Notes under the pieces: model-generated | Seen by the model: the letters and a program-made list of their open reading frames with translations, nothing else | Database searches by the model: none | Told to the model about the DNA's origin: nothing | Assembly: GCA_024704765.1 (NCBI GenBank) | Contig: JAKMXF010000295.1 | Span: 124,001 to 188,000, forward strand | Length of the DNA: 64,000 bases | Direction: 5' to 3' | Source: Oopsacas minuta | Lineage: Eukaryota; Animalia; Porifera | Program-made: the position numbers and the translations under genes | Part shown: positions 54,018-64,000 of the stretch, in pieces | How the letters are laid out: the number at the start of each line of letters is the position of its first letter | Position numbering within the stretch: the first letter of the stretch is position 1

Positions 54018-54450
54018 ATGCTGCATATTCTTGGAGATGGAAATTGTTTATTTTCTTCTCTCTCATATTGTTTCACGGTAGTATTGACAATTTCTATAAA
54101 AAATTGTTCTTTAATTGTAGAAAATATGGTTGGAAATTTGAAGGAAGCTGTAATAAGTGTATTTTGCAACAAATTTCCACAAACTGTAATTAATGATAGG
54201 AATGTTAACGATTACATAATTAAATCTAAAATGACCAATGACTCAACATAGGGAACTGATGTTGAGTTATTCGTACCAGCACTGTTGTTACAAACAGATA
54301 TTTGTGTTTTACTTCAGATATGGGAAATAAATGGATGCTATTTTCTGTGGAGTGGTAAAAAATTGATCGATACGCTAGAGTCACCACCTATTAACCCATT
54401 TGGATCAATATATATAAATCATAACGGAGTTCATTAAGAGCCAATTGCAA
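54018..54450 (+). pseudogene. OTU-like cysteine protease domain
   Basis: ILGDGNCLFSSLSY (catalytic D/C box), ST*GTDVELF (W-G box) and NHNGVH*EP (His box). Confidence 0.8.
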
Positions 54451-56324
54451 AGGTAGATTTAGCTAAGTTTAAGTAATAAATACTTCCTAATAATTCAATT
54501 ATTATATTAGTACATGTAGTCATAATTAACTGATGCCTGAAGTATATTACCTAATTTATTTGTGCAACTAATTTCGGCAATTGGCTGCAACATATACATT
54601 AATAGTAGCCAAGTGAAACAAAAATATTTCGGATCTTTTATCGATAATTGTTATGAATTAAATACGATATAACTCCGATAAGACGTACCCCTCGGGGGGA
54701 AAATATAAGTATAAATAAACGAAGTACGTCTTATCCGAATCTTTTCTTATACAATTAGTACAAGAATTGATAATCTGTTCTAGATTATTAATTCTTGTAC
54801 CAATTGTACAAATAATAAAATTTCCATACAGTAGAAGTCATACTAACCGAGTTCTATTGTATGTGAATTTTATTATTTGTTAAACTAGTTAAATGCACAA
54901 AGCCAATCAGTATTGTGCGATATATAATAGGAAGAAGTTTAGAATGAGGAACCAGTAGTATAATTTTAAACTACACCTTTGTATCCATAAACTGGAATTA
55001 TTCCTAAATTGTATTATTAAAGGGATCTTGTACAAGTACGAGACATACTCTGAATAGGGAATCTAGAATCAGAACCTAAGGAATCTGTAGTTGATAATTT
55101 TACTTCATATATTACTTATATGTCAGTATTCATTTATTGGGTGGAATAATATTCAATGCCATGCTTAACGTATAATTAAGTAACAAATAAGAAATCTGAA
55201 TTTTCAACTGCGCTCATCTTAGTAACCAGTCTCGTATATTAGAATTTAACAATATTCAAATTTAGTAACAGTCATCGAATTAGTATTTTATACGGATTAC
55301 CGACAATTCGCACCTAATTTGATCGGTCAATTGATTCCGAATATGATTTTTAGCATTGTATGATCAGTTTTTGTTGTTATTTATGTACATAAAGTAAAGA
55401 AATTTCAAAAAGTTCGTATACTTTTAACGGCTACAGAGGTAATCGAGTGTTCGAATAGCATATCGTGAATATTCGACTTAGAGAGTGACTTTCAAAATAT
55501 ACATGGGATACTTATTAATACATAAGACAAATTACCGGTTGATTAGGAGTAACCTAGGCGCCCGAAAGGTGCCTATTAAGGACGCTTCGTGTCCGCAACC
55601 GCGTACTGCAAGGAAGAGTAGCTTACTTGTATATATTGAATTTTTGAACTATACAAGTAGTAAAGTATGGATTCCACAATCTGTGATCAAAGAATTTATC
55701 CATACATTTGAAGAAAATGTAAATAAAATCATTCCGGATTTATCATAATATAATTTGAAGCTGTTCTTCTATGGAAAATCTTTCTTATATTTCCCCACAT
55801 TGAGCTGACCTAACTCAAAATTGCCACTTAAATTCCTTTAATAACACGGTGGACTCCGCTTAATAGACCCACCGGTTAATTTGGCCAACACCTTTATCCA
55901 ATAAATATAGGTGATAATTTCATCTCTGGATGGGTACTGTTTCGGTTAAGTAAACTAGCCTTCCACTTTTAAATATTGGCCTTGCTGGGATAGATCGGAA
56001 TGATATCTGTAACAGATATTTTGTTCATTTAACTTATAATCATGATATTACGTAGGTCATGATTAAATGAACTTCATACCACCCTATCCTTAGAAGTACT
56101 TCTAAAGATAGGGTGGTATGAAGTCTAGTTATACCCCTACACAATTATCCTACAAAATACTGAATAAAAATAATATATATAATAGAGTCGTGTTGTAAAT
56201 AGTGTTGTAGGGGAAAGATCAAGAGAGGTGCAGCTACCGCATCATAACCACTGTCTTCTTCCATGGTAGCTGCACCTCAATGGAGATGATAGAGGAGAGG
56301 AGAAGAGTGGAGTGAGAAGAGAAA

Positions 56325-57663
56325 GAGATGTGACGCATTGGTTGTGTGAGCAAAGAGGGGTCTGCAAAGCTAGAGTTCATACCAAAGGGATGGTGATAGT
56401 CAAGCGCACGAATGAGCACTTCCATGGGCCTGACGAGCAGGCAGCGGGCTGTTGTGAAGCGAAGGCAGGCATGAAGAGGAAAGCACGAGAGTCCCAGGAT
56501 AGCACATACCACATAGTGGGCGAGAGTTTGCAAACAGCATCAGAGGGTACTGCTGCTAAACTCCCCAAACTGGACAGCCTGAAGCAGACGATACAACGCC
56601 AGCGTACTAGTGTACTTGCAGCTCCAGCACAGCCTACTCTAGCAGAGCTAGCTCTACCAGCAGTCTACCAGCAAACAGCCAAGGAAGAACAGTTCTTACT
56701 CTACGACTCTGGTGCAGACGATGTACACAGATTCCTCATCTTCGCGACGCAACACAACCTCGGGATGCTGCAGCGAAGCAAGATCCGGCTAGCTGATGCA
56801 CCTTCAAGACGGCACCTCCCTCTTCACCCAGGTGTGTGTGGTGCATGGACTCTGTGTAGGAGATGATCCTATGGAGACCGATCATCTGTTACCGAGCCTG
56901 TTCGTGCTACTACCCAACAAGACGGAGGCTGCCTTCCTGAGGATGTGGGAACAGATCCGCCTACTCTGTCCACTTGCCCAGCCTCAACAGATGCTCCTGG
57001 ACTTTGAAAAGGGCGCGATTACCAGCCTTGAGCCTAACACAGTAGTGAAGTGCTGCTTCTTCCACCTCACACAGAATATCTGGCGATATGTGCAGTCTAC
57101 CTACACACATGACGAAGAGTTGGCTATGCGCATCCGGAGAATACCAACCCTTGCTTTTGCCCGACCAGCAGACGTACCCGATCTGTTTGATCAAGTTGCA
57201 ATGGACCTCCCCCTACGCCTGAGGTAGGCGAACTAGTCGACTACTTTGAGAGGACGTATATCGGCCGCACAGGTGCCAGCGGATACCATGTAGCGGCGAC
57301 GTACCCTATTCACCTGTGGAACAACCACATCGGCACGCCCTTAGGACTCCCCTCGTACAACCAACACCGTAGAGGCATGGCACCGCAGCTTCAATGCCAC
57401 TGTCGACTGCCATCACCCTACCATATGGAAGTTTATCCTATCCCTCAAGCGTTAGTAGGGCCTAGAGGAGGTGCGGCATACTAACTACCTTGTTGGCAAA
57501 CCAGCAACCAAGCGGAGGCGGTCCCAACAGAATGAGGAAGAGTTGAAGACTCTAGTTCGTGAATATTATTCTCCAGATCGTTCTAAAATGGAATTCTTGC
57601 AGGGTGTAGTACATCATTTCAGTTTGGGAGCCGATTAACATGCTAATCAAAGCATTATTTCTA
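56325..57663 (+). repeat. Inverted copy (5'-truncated) of the MULE transposase, left arm of a ~2.7-kb palindrome
   Basis: Reverse complement of 57682-59018. The ORF track shows identical 143-aa, 77-aa and 63-aa products on opposite strands. Confidence 0.97.
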
Positions 57664-57706
57664 ATCAATGTATTTCAGGGCTAGATAATACTTTGATTAA
57701 CATGTT

Positions 57707-59127
57707 AATCGGCTCCCAAACTGAAATGATGTACTACACCCTGCAAGAATTCCATTTTAGAACGATCTGGAGAATAATATTCACGAACTAGAGTCTTCAA
57801 CTCTTCCTCATTCTGTTGGGACCGCCTCCGCTTGGTTGCTGGTTTGCCAACAAGGTAGTTAGTATGCCGCACCTCCACTAGGCCCTACTAACGCTTGAGG
57901 GATAGGATAAACTTCCATATGGTAGGGTGATGGCAGTCGACAGTGGCATTGAAGCTGCGGTGCCATGCCTCTACGGTGTTGGTTGTACGAGGGGAGTCCT
58001 AAGGGCGTGCCGATGTGGTTGTTCCACAGGTGAATAGGGTACGTCGCCGCTACATGGTATCCGCTGGCACCTGTGCGGCCGATATACGTCCTCTCAAAGT
58101 AGTCGACTAGTTCGCCTACCTCAGGCGTAGGGGGAGGTCCATTGCAACTTGATCAAACAGATCGGGTACGTCTGCTGGTCGGGCAAAAGCAAGGGTTGGT
58201 ATTCTCCGGATGCGCATAGCCAACTCTTCGTCATGTGTGTAGGTAGACTGCACATATCGCCAGATATTCTGTGTGAGGTGGAAGAAGCAGCACTTCACTA
58301 CTGTGTTAGGCTCAAGGCTGGTAATCGCGCCCTTTTCAAAGTCCAGGAGCATCTGTTGAGGCTGGGCAAGTGGACAGAGTAGGCGGATCTGTTCCCACAT
58401 CCTCAGGAAGGCAGCCTCCGTCTTGTTGGGTAGTAGCACGAACAGGCTCGGTAACAGATGATCGGTCTCCATAGGATCATCTCCTACACAGAGTCCATGC
58501 ACCACACACACCTGGGTGAAGAGGGAGGTGCCGTCTTGAAGGTGCATCAGCTAGCCGGATCTTGCTTCGCTGCAGCATCCCGAGGTTGTGTTGCGTCGCG
58601 AAGATGAGGAATCTGTGTACATCGTCTGCACCAGAGTCGTAGAGTAAGAACTGTTCTTCCTTGGCTGTTTGCTGGTAGACTGCTGGTAGAGCTAGCTCTG
58701 CTAGAGTAGGCTGTGCTGGAGCTGCAAGTACACTAGTACGCTGGCGTTGTATCGTCTGCTTCAGGCTGTCCAGTTTGGGGAGTTTAGCAGCAGTACCCTC
58801 TGATGCTGTTTGCAAACTCTCGCCCACTATGTGGTATGTGCTATCCTGGGACTCTCGTGCTTTCCTCTTCATGCCTGCCTTCGCTTCACAACAGCCCGCT
58901 GCCTGCTCGTCAGGCCCATGGAAGTGCTCATTCGTGCGCTTGACTATCACCATCCCTTTGGTATGAACTCTAGCTTTGCAGACCCCTCTTTGCTCACACA
59001 ACCAATGCGTCACATCTCCAATTCTCCTCTGCACTCCAAACATATATCCATTCTCAGGCAGCTTATCTCCTCCTCTTTGTGACTTGATCAGCCTAAAGGT
59101 CGGCTGATCAAGAGGCTCCGCCATCAA
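57707..59127 (-). pseudogene. FLYWCH + MULE transposase, full-length arm, frameshifted
   Basis: FRLIKSQRGGDKL...WLCEQRGVCKARV...EHFH, AD(G)TFKTAP, LLDFEKGAI, CCFFHLTQNIWR, DYFERTYIG, TNTVEAWH. Confidence 0.9.
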
Positions 59128-59875
59128 AGATTGTTAAATTTCAAAGACACATGTAATATGTAATATTGAGAAAACGAATCTGAGTTTGGACTGGATCATT
59201 TTCTATTTATGTCGAGGTTGCAAATATCACAGGTGATCATATCCTGTTTACTACATTCCTCTTACCAAGTATAGCCCTGAGAGCATTTACTTCGTGCGTG
59301 TTTACTTAATACTTATTATAGCAATCTTTGGAATTCATATCATTAAATGGATTCATGGAATCATGTCATCTATAATTAGAACTATCTATCCAATTATGAC
59401 TTTCCGTGTGCAGGTATAATTATTAGAAAATTGATAATTTATGTGTACTTAGATTAAATTTATTAACTAATCTCATAACAAATTGACCGATCAAATTGGG
59501 TGCGAAGTGTCGTGGTGCGAATTGTCGGTATCCGTTTTATACAGGTCCCAAATTAGTAAACACTGTTGTAATAAGAAATTGACAATCGTTTAAATTTAGT
59601 AACAACTCATTTTAGGAAGTTTCAACATGTCTCATCTTAGTCACTACCGTATTCTGAATTTTTCAATCTTTTGTCAAAAATAGAAAATGCATATTTCGCA
59701 AAATATATATATATAGCTACGCTTTTCTCACTTTTTTATTTTCCTTTCTCACTTTTCCAATTCTCCAACTTCCACTTTTTTTTCTCATGTTAAATAAATT
59801 TTAATGGCAACAGAAGAGTTTCAAATCTCTCCCTCACAAACACAAATCATAGCCCTCACTCTTCACAATCAATAG

Positions 59876-62167
59876 CACTGCCCTGCGTCAAATTTGCTGA
59901 TTATTATCCATGGGTTGTTTTTAGTTAACTTGAGTATGCTGATTCTCAATCTGTCATCAGAATTCCCCTATCACGTCTCGTTTTTACTCAAATGTCATTT
60001 TAATGTAAGTCGATTTTTTTAAGTACACTTCCCTAGAATAAATGATTATATTTGATACTTGTGTGAATTTTTGTCTTTTGAAATAAACAGATGCGTGCTT
60101 TATTGCATTTTCTAATTAGTCCCTTTAACTCCATTCTTTTCTACATAATTTTTTTATTTTTATTTTTGTTATATACAGCTTTATTGTACTATAGTCTACT
60201 ATTTTGATATTTTATTATCATATGGCTTATCGGAGAAGGTGCAGTAATGATCCAGACGTCTTTTGTTATATTTGTGGGAGTTTTATTACTTCTAAACAAA
60301 CTACGGTAATAACAGGATTTGTTAAAAAAGCATATTTAGAATATTTTGGAATGAGATTAGGTGATCAAGACAAAACATGGGCTCCACATACAGTGTGCCG
60401 ATCTTGTGTAGAAAATTTGAGACAATGGACAAAAGGAATCAGAAAGAGTTTAAGTTTAGGAATTCCAATGATATGGAGAGAGCCACAAAATCACATTAGC
60501 GATTGTTACTTTAGTATGGCGAATATTTCAGGATTCAATGCTAAAACTAAGTCATTGATCAAGTATCCAAATTTACATTCAGCAATACGACCCGTTCCCC
60601 ATTCTATTGATGTACCTGTTCCAAAATTTACTAATTTGGATGTTATCTCGGAAATTGATGATTGTGAAACTAGAGATTCATTAATTAGAGAAGATGAGGA
60701 TTTTATTCCGTGTGTATTATCTCGTTCTAATTCTCCACAGTTATTTAATCAGTCTGAATTAAATGATTTGGCACGTGATTTAGATTTACCTAAAGAATCT
60801 GCGGAGTTGTTAGGTTCTAGGCTAAAAGAAAAAAACTTGCTTCTCCCAGAAACAAAATTTTACTCATATAGGAACAGAGAGATCGAATTTTTGAAATATT
60901 TCATAATGGAAGACGGATTTGTGTTTTGTCATGATGTTTCACCGCTAGTTAATGCTCTTGGATGTCCGTATGTACCTAATGATTAGAGACTCTTTATTGA
61001 TAGTTCAAAACAAAGTTTGAAATGTGTTCTACTTCATAATGGCAACAAATTTAGTTCCATACCAATTGGACATTCAGTGAGTTTAAAGGAACGATATGAT
61101 AGCATGAAAATTGTGCTTCATAAAATTAATTATAACCAGCACAATTGGGTAATCTGTGGTGACTTAAAAATCATATGCATTCTTTTGGGACAGCAATCAG
61201 GATATACAAAATACCCTTGTTTTTTATGCTTATGGGACAGTCGTGCAAAGAGCGAACACTATTCTAGACAGAGCTGGCCAGCTAGAACCAATCTTAGTGT
61301 TGGAGATAAGAACATTATTCACGAGCCTCTAGTGGATCCTCTCAAGATTTTGCTTCCACCACCTAATATAAAATTAGGATTGATGAAACAGTTTGTAAGG
61401 GCATTAGATAAAGAAGGAAATTGTTTCAAATATATTACCGAGAAATTTTACTACCTAAGTGATGAAAAAAGAAAAGCCGGTATATTCGACGGTCCTCAGA
61501 TAAGACAACTTGTTCGAGATGATAATTTTTCAAATTCTATGATATGCAAAGAAAAATGTGCATGGAATGCATTTGTAGATGTCATGAAAAACTTCTTGGA
61601 AATACGAAATCTCCTAATTATAAAATACTTGTGAATGAGTTGATTGAATCTTACAAGAATCTCGGCTGCAATATGAGTGTAAAAGTTCACTTTCTTCACA
61701 TTCATATTGACTATTTTCCAGAGAATCTTGGAGCTGTTTCCGAGGAGCAAGGTGAACGATTCCACCAAGACATAAAAACAATGGAAACACGATATCAGGG
61801 GAGGTTGGACGTTCATATGATGGCTGATTACTGCTGGTGCCTCAAGAGAGATTGTATTGATGTTATTCATGCTAGAATGTCAAAAAAAGGAAATTTACTC
61901 ACGATTCAGACTAATATATTCAAATTATTTATTAACTAAGATTATATTATCAATAAAAATTTATAAATGGCAGATTTTCACTATTTTACTTGTGAGGTAT
62001 CATGCATTCATCGATAAATATACCAATATTTAAAAATAATTTTGCAAAAAAACTAGACGTGATACGTATATTTTACAAAATTATTCAAAATCAGTATTAA
62101 AATGTGGATTAGAAAATGTTTTGCAATAACAATCAGCAAATAAAATTTTTTTTTCCGCAGGGCTGTG
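59876..62167 (+). mobile_element. Chapaev3-type transposon, young copy D
   Basis: Ends CACTGCCCTGCG / CGCAGGGCTGTG and 3-bp TSD TAG/TAG. Transposase from ATG 60222 with TGG>TAG at 60984-60986 and -1 frameshifts near 61598 and 61885. Confidence 0.9.
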
Positions 62168-62319
62168 TAGTTACTCCTATTTCCTATCAACCAACCATAC
62201 CTGGCTTGACATCACCCATGTTAGCAATGGAACTATCTTCACATGAGTCTGATATCTTCTTCCAAACTCCTTCTATTACTCATGTACTACTACTTAAACG
62301 TGGTCCTAAATCCAAAAGA

Positions 62320-63640
62320 AGTAAATTTCATGGAAATCAATTTACATCAAAATGTTTCCTACAACTACCTCAGGCGAGTCTTCAGATACTGATACTCCAT
62401 CATGCGTAGACCTTGGCAATTTCAATACACACTTCCTCGCCGTGGATATACTTCGAAATTATCAGCCTCGTTTCCTTGCAGTAAATACAATGTACAATTC
62501 AAAAGAAGAATCGGCACGACATCTAACAAAGCAACTATACCATCTGGATGAGGCTGCTAGATATTGGCATAAAAGCTGAAGCCGTGAAAAGAATTCGATG
62601 TCCAAATTGCTCTCATGGATAGCTATCTCCCTATGAATCCGAATTCTTGCAGGATTGGCAAACATTTCCTATATCAAATGCGCTGATTGTTACCACCTAT
62701 AAGGAGAATTTCTCTCCTCTAAACCAATGAGAATGCCTTTATGCTCTAAATTCAACACCGCATTACCAAAGTCTGCTCAGATGGAGTTACAATGCTTTCA
62801 GTACTTCTATGAATTGATCTGGTTTCTCTTGGCGGGACCTTCACAATTTTACCACCATTCTGGATATGCCACCCCACTTCGAGCATTTGCCGCAATCATA
62901 TCTTAAAAAAGCTTTAACTCCACCTGAGTGATAATTACTGGTCAACATCAATCCCAAACTGCATCAATATTGCACTGAACTTTGATAGTTCATGGATCCG
63001 CTATATCTGCCAACACAAAGAAGGTTTTGGACTATGTACTGTACAATCGTTTCCAATTATTCGACTATTGTTTTACACCGCAGGGGAAAATCACCAGCTG
63101 AAATGACAAAAGGTCTCGATATCTTCCTATCCTGTACTGGTGGGATCCATACGACTTGTGAAAATGATACTTGGTGTAGATGGAAACAAACACCTACTAC
63201 GGCTAAACAACTTCCAGCCCACTTACCAACTTGAGTCCAATTGGTAATGAAAAAGTTCTCGAGGTATTCCAAATCTATGCCACAGAAGAGATCTGCAGTC
63301 ATCTGACCCTTGGTTTAACTCCATATGCTAATGATTCCTTGTACAATGTTATCTGGAAATTCTTTCCAAAGTGCAAATATCTTTCTCCACAAAGCGTGCG
63401 AATTAGTACTGCCATTGCGATTACAATGTTCAATGAGGGTGAACTGTGTCTCTACAATATTATGGATGACCTGAAACTTAATTCTTCCTATATTCTTTCC
63501 ATTTACAAGCGCGAACGAACCAAGCAAAACACCAAAACTACATCAAAAAGGTAATGTCTATTGACGACTTCGCTGACAGAAGAATGCTAAACTGCATCGT
63601 GAAAAACAATTTCTCATGCTAGAGGATGGAGACTGCTATC
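62320..63640 (+). pseudogene. Kolobok-like transposase remnant
   Basis: CADC zinc motif (~62680), IHTTCENDTWCRWKQ and GLTPYANDSLYNVIWKFFPKCKY...IAITMFNEG (degenerate TQNxNES...W...PK motif). Ends not found. Confidence 0.6.
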
Positions 63641-64000
63641 TTGTCATAAATAATGATGGAATTGAAGACCCAGATCATTTTCCTCATAAACCTTCGATCA
63701 TATTATCGATCGTTTTGGTAGGACAGAATTTGAAAATTTGCGAATCTGCCAATCTAGCCCTAAAGATTTTGTATGAATACTCATGACAATCAGTAGATTT
63801 CTAATGGCCGCGTGTAATAGAGCTATTCTCAATATGAGGTGCTATTTATATCATAAAAGTGATCAGGCATATTCGTGATTGTGATGGCGATCATTTTTGC
63901 CCGATAGATGGGGAATCACGATCACGGAACACTTTATAATGAATGATCGTGATTATCAATTTGGTGCTCGTCCCTTGTAAGATCATATGATATTTTATTC

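Larger units (their letters stand above)
55294..59533 (-). mobile_element. Mutator-like (FLYWCH-MULE) element with an internal inverted duplication
   Basis: TIR GGAT(T)ACCGACAATTCGCACC and 9-bp TSD attttatac (55285-55293) / gttttatac (59534-59542). Confidence 0.88.

Noticed and set aside
44212-54737. A 10.5-kb element bounded by CGGATAAGACGTAC inverted ends
   Set aside because: No TSD in the flanks, and the 54724 arm already pairs locally with 54677.
55555-55600. Hammerhead ribozyme (CGAAA motif)
   Set aside because: No CTGATGA core at the required position.
41389-62167. Composite transposon or inversion bounded by the two inverted Chapaev3 copies
   Set aside because: Each copy has its own matching TSD (TTA/TTA and TAG/TAG), so they are independent insertions with no exchange of flanks.
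1-64000. CRISPR array, prokaryotic IS or operon, rRNA, Fanzor/TnpB, reverse transcriptase
   Set aside because: No regularly spaced repeats, RuvC, YxDD or rRNA motifs recognised. All identifiable proteins are eukaryotic transposon types.

Overview
AT-rich, animal-like eukaryotic DNA with no intact host gene that I can recognise. The window is a dense, nested graveyard of class II (DNA) transposons: Tc1 (DD34E), maT (DD37D), mariner, pogo/Tigger, three hAT lineages, PIF/Harbinger, Transib (RAG1-like), Chapaev, four Chapaev3-type copies, Mutator (FLYWCH-MULE and a NOF-like remnant with an OTU domain), Kolobok and a Ginger2/KRBA2-like integrase. Many have ends and target-site duplications readable by eye. 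The highlights are: (1) a MULE whose transposase gene is folded back into a ~2.7-kb palindrome with an 18-nt spacer, resembling a 'Mu killer'-type hairpin silencer (assembly artefact not excluded); (2) a RAG1-like Transib with CACAGTG heptamer ends and a shared 9-mer at asymmetric 23/14-nt spacers; (3) a pogo element apparently carrying a HIRAN-like second gene; (4) a three-level nest of four elements at 33-40.7 kb. Family names come from remembered motifs, not from database searches. The organism cannot be determined from the sequence alone.
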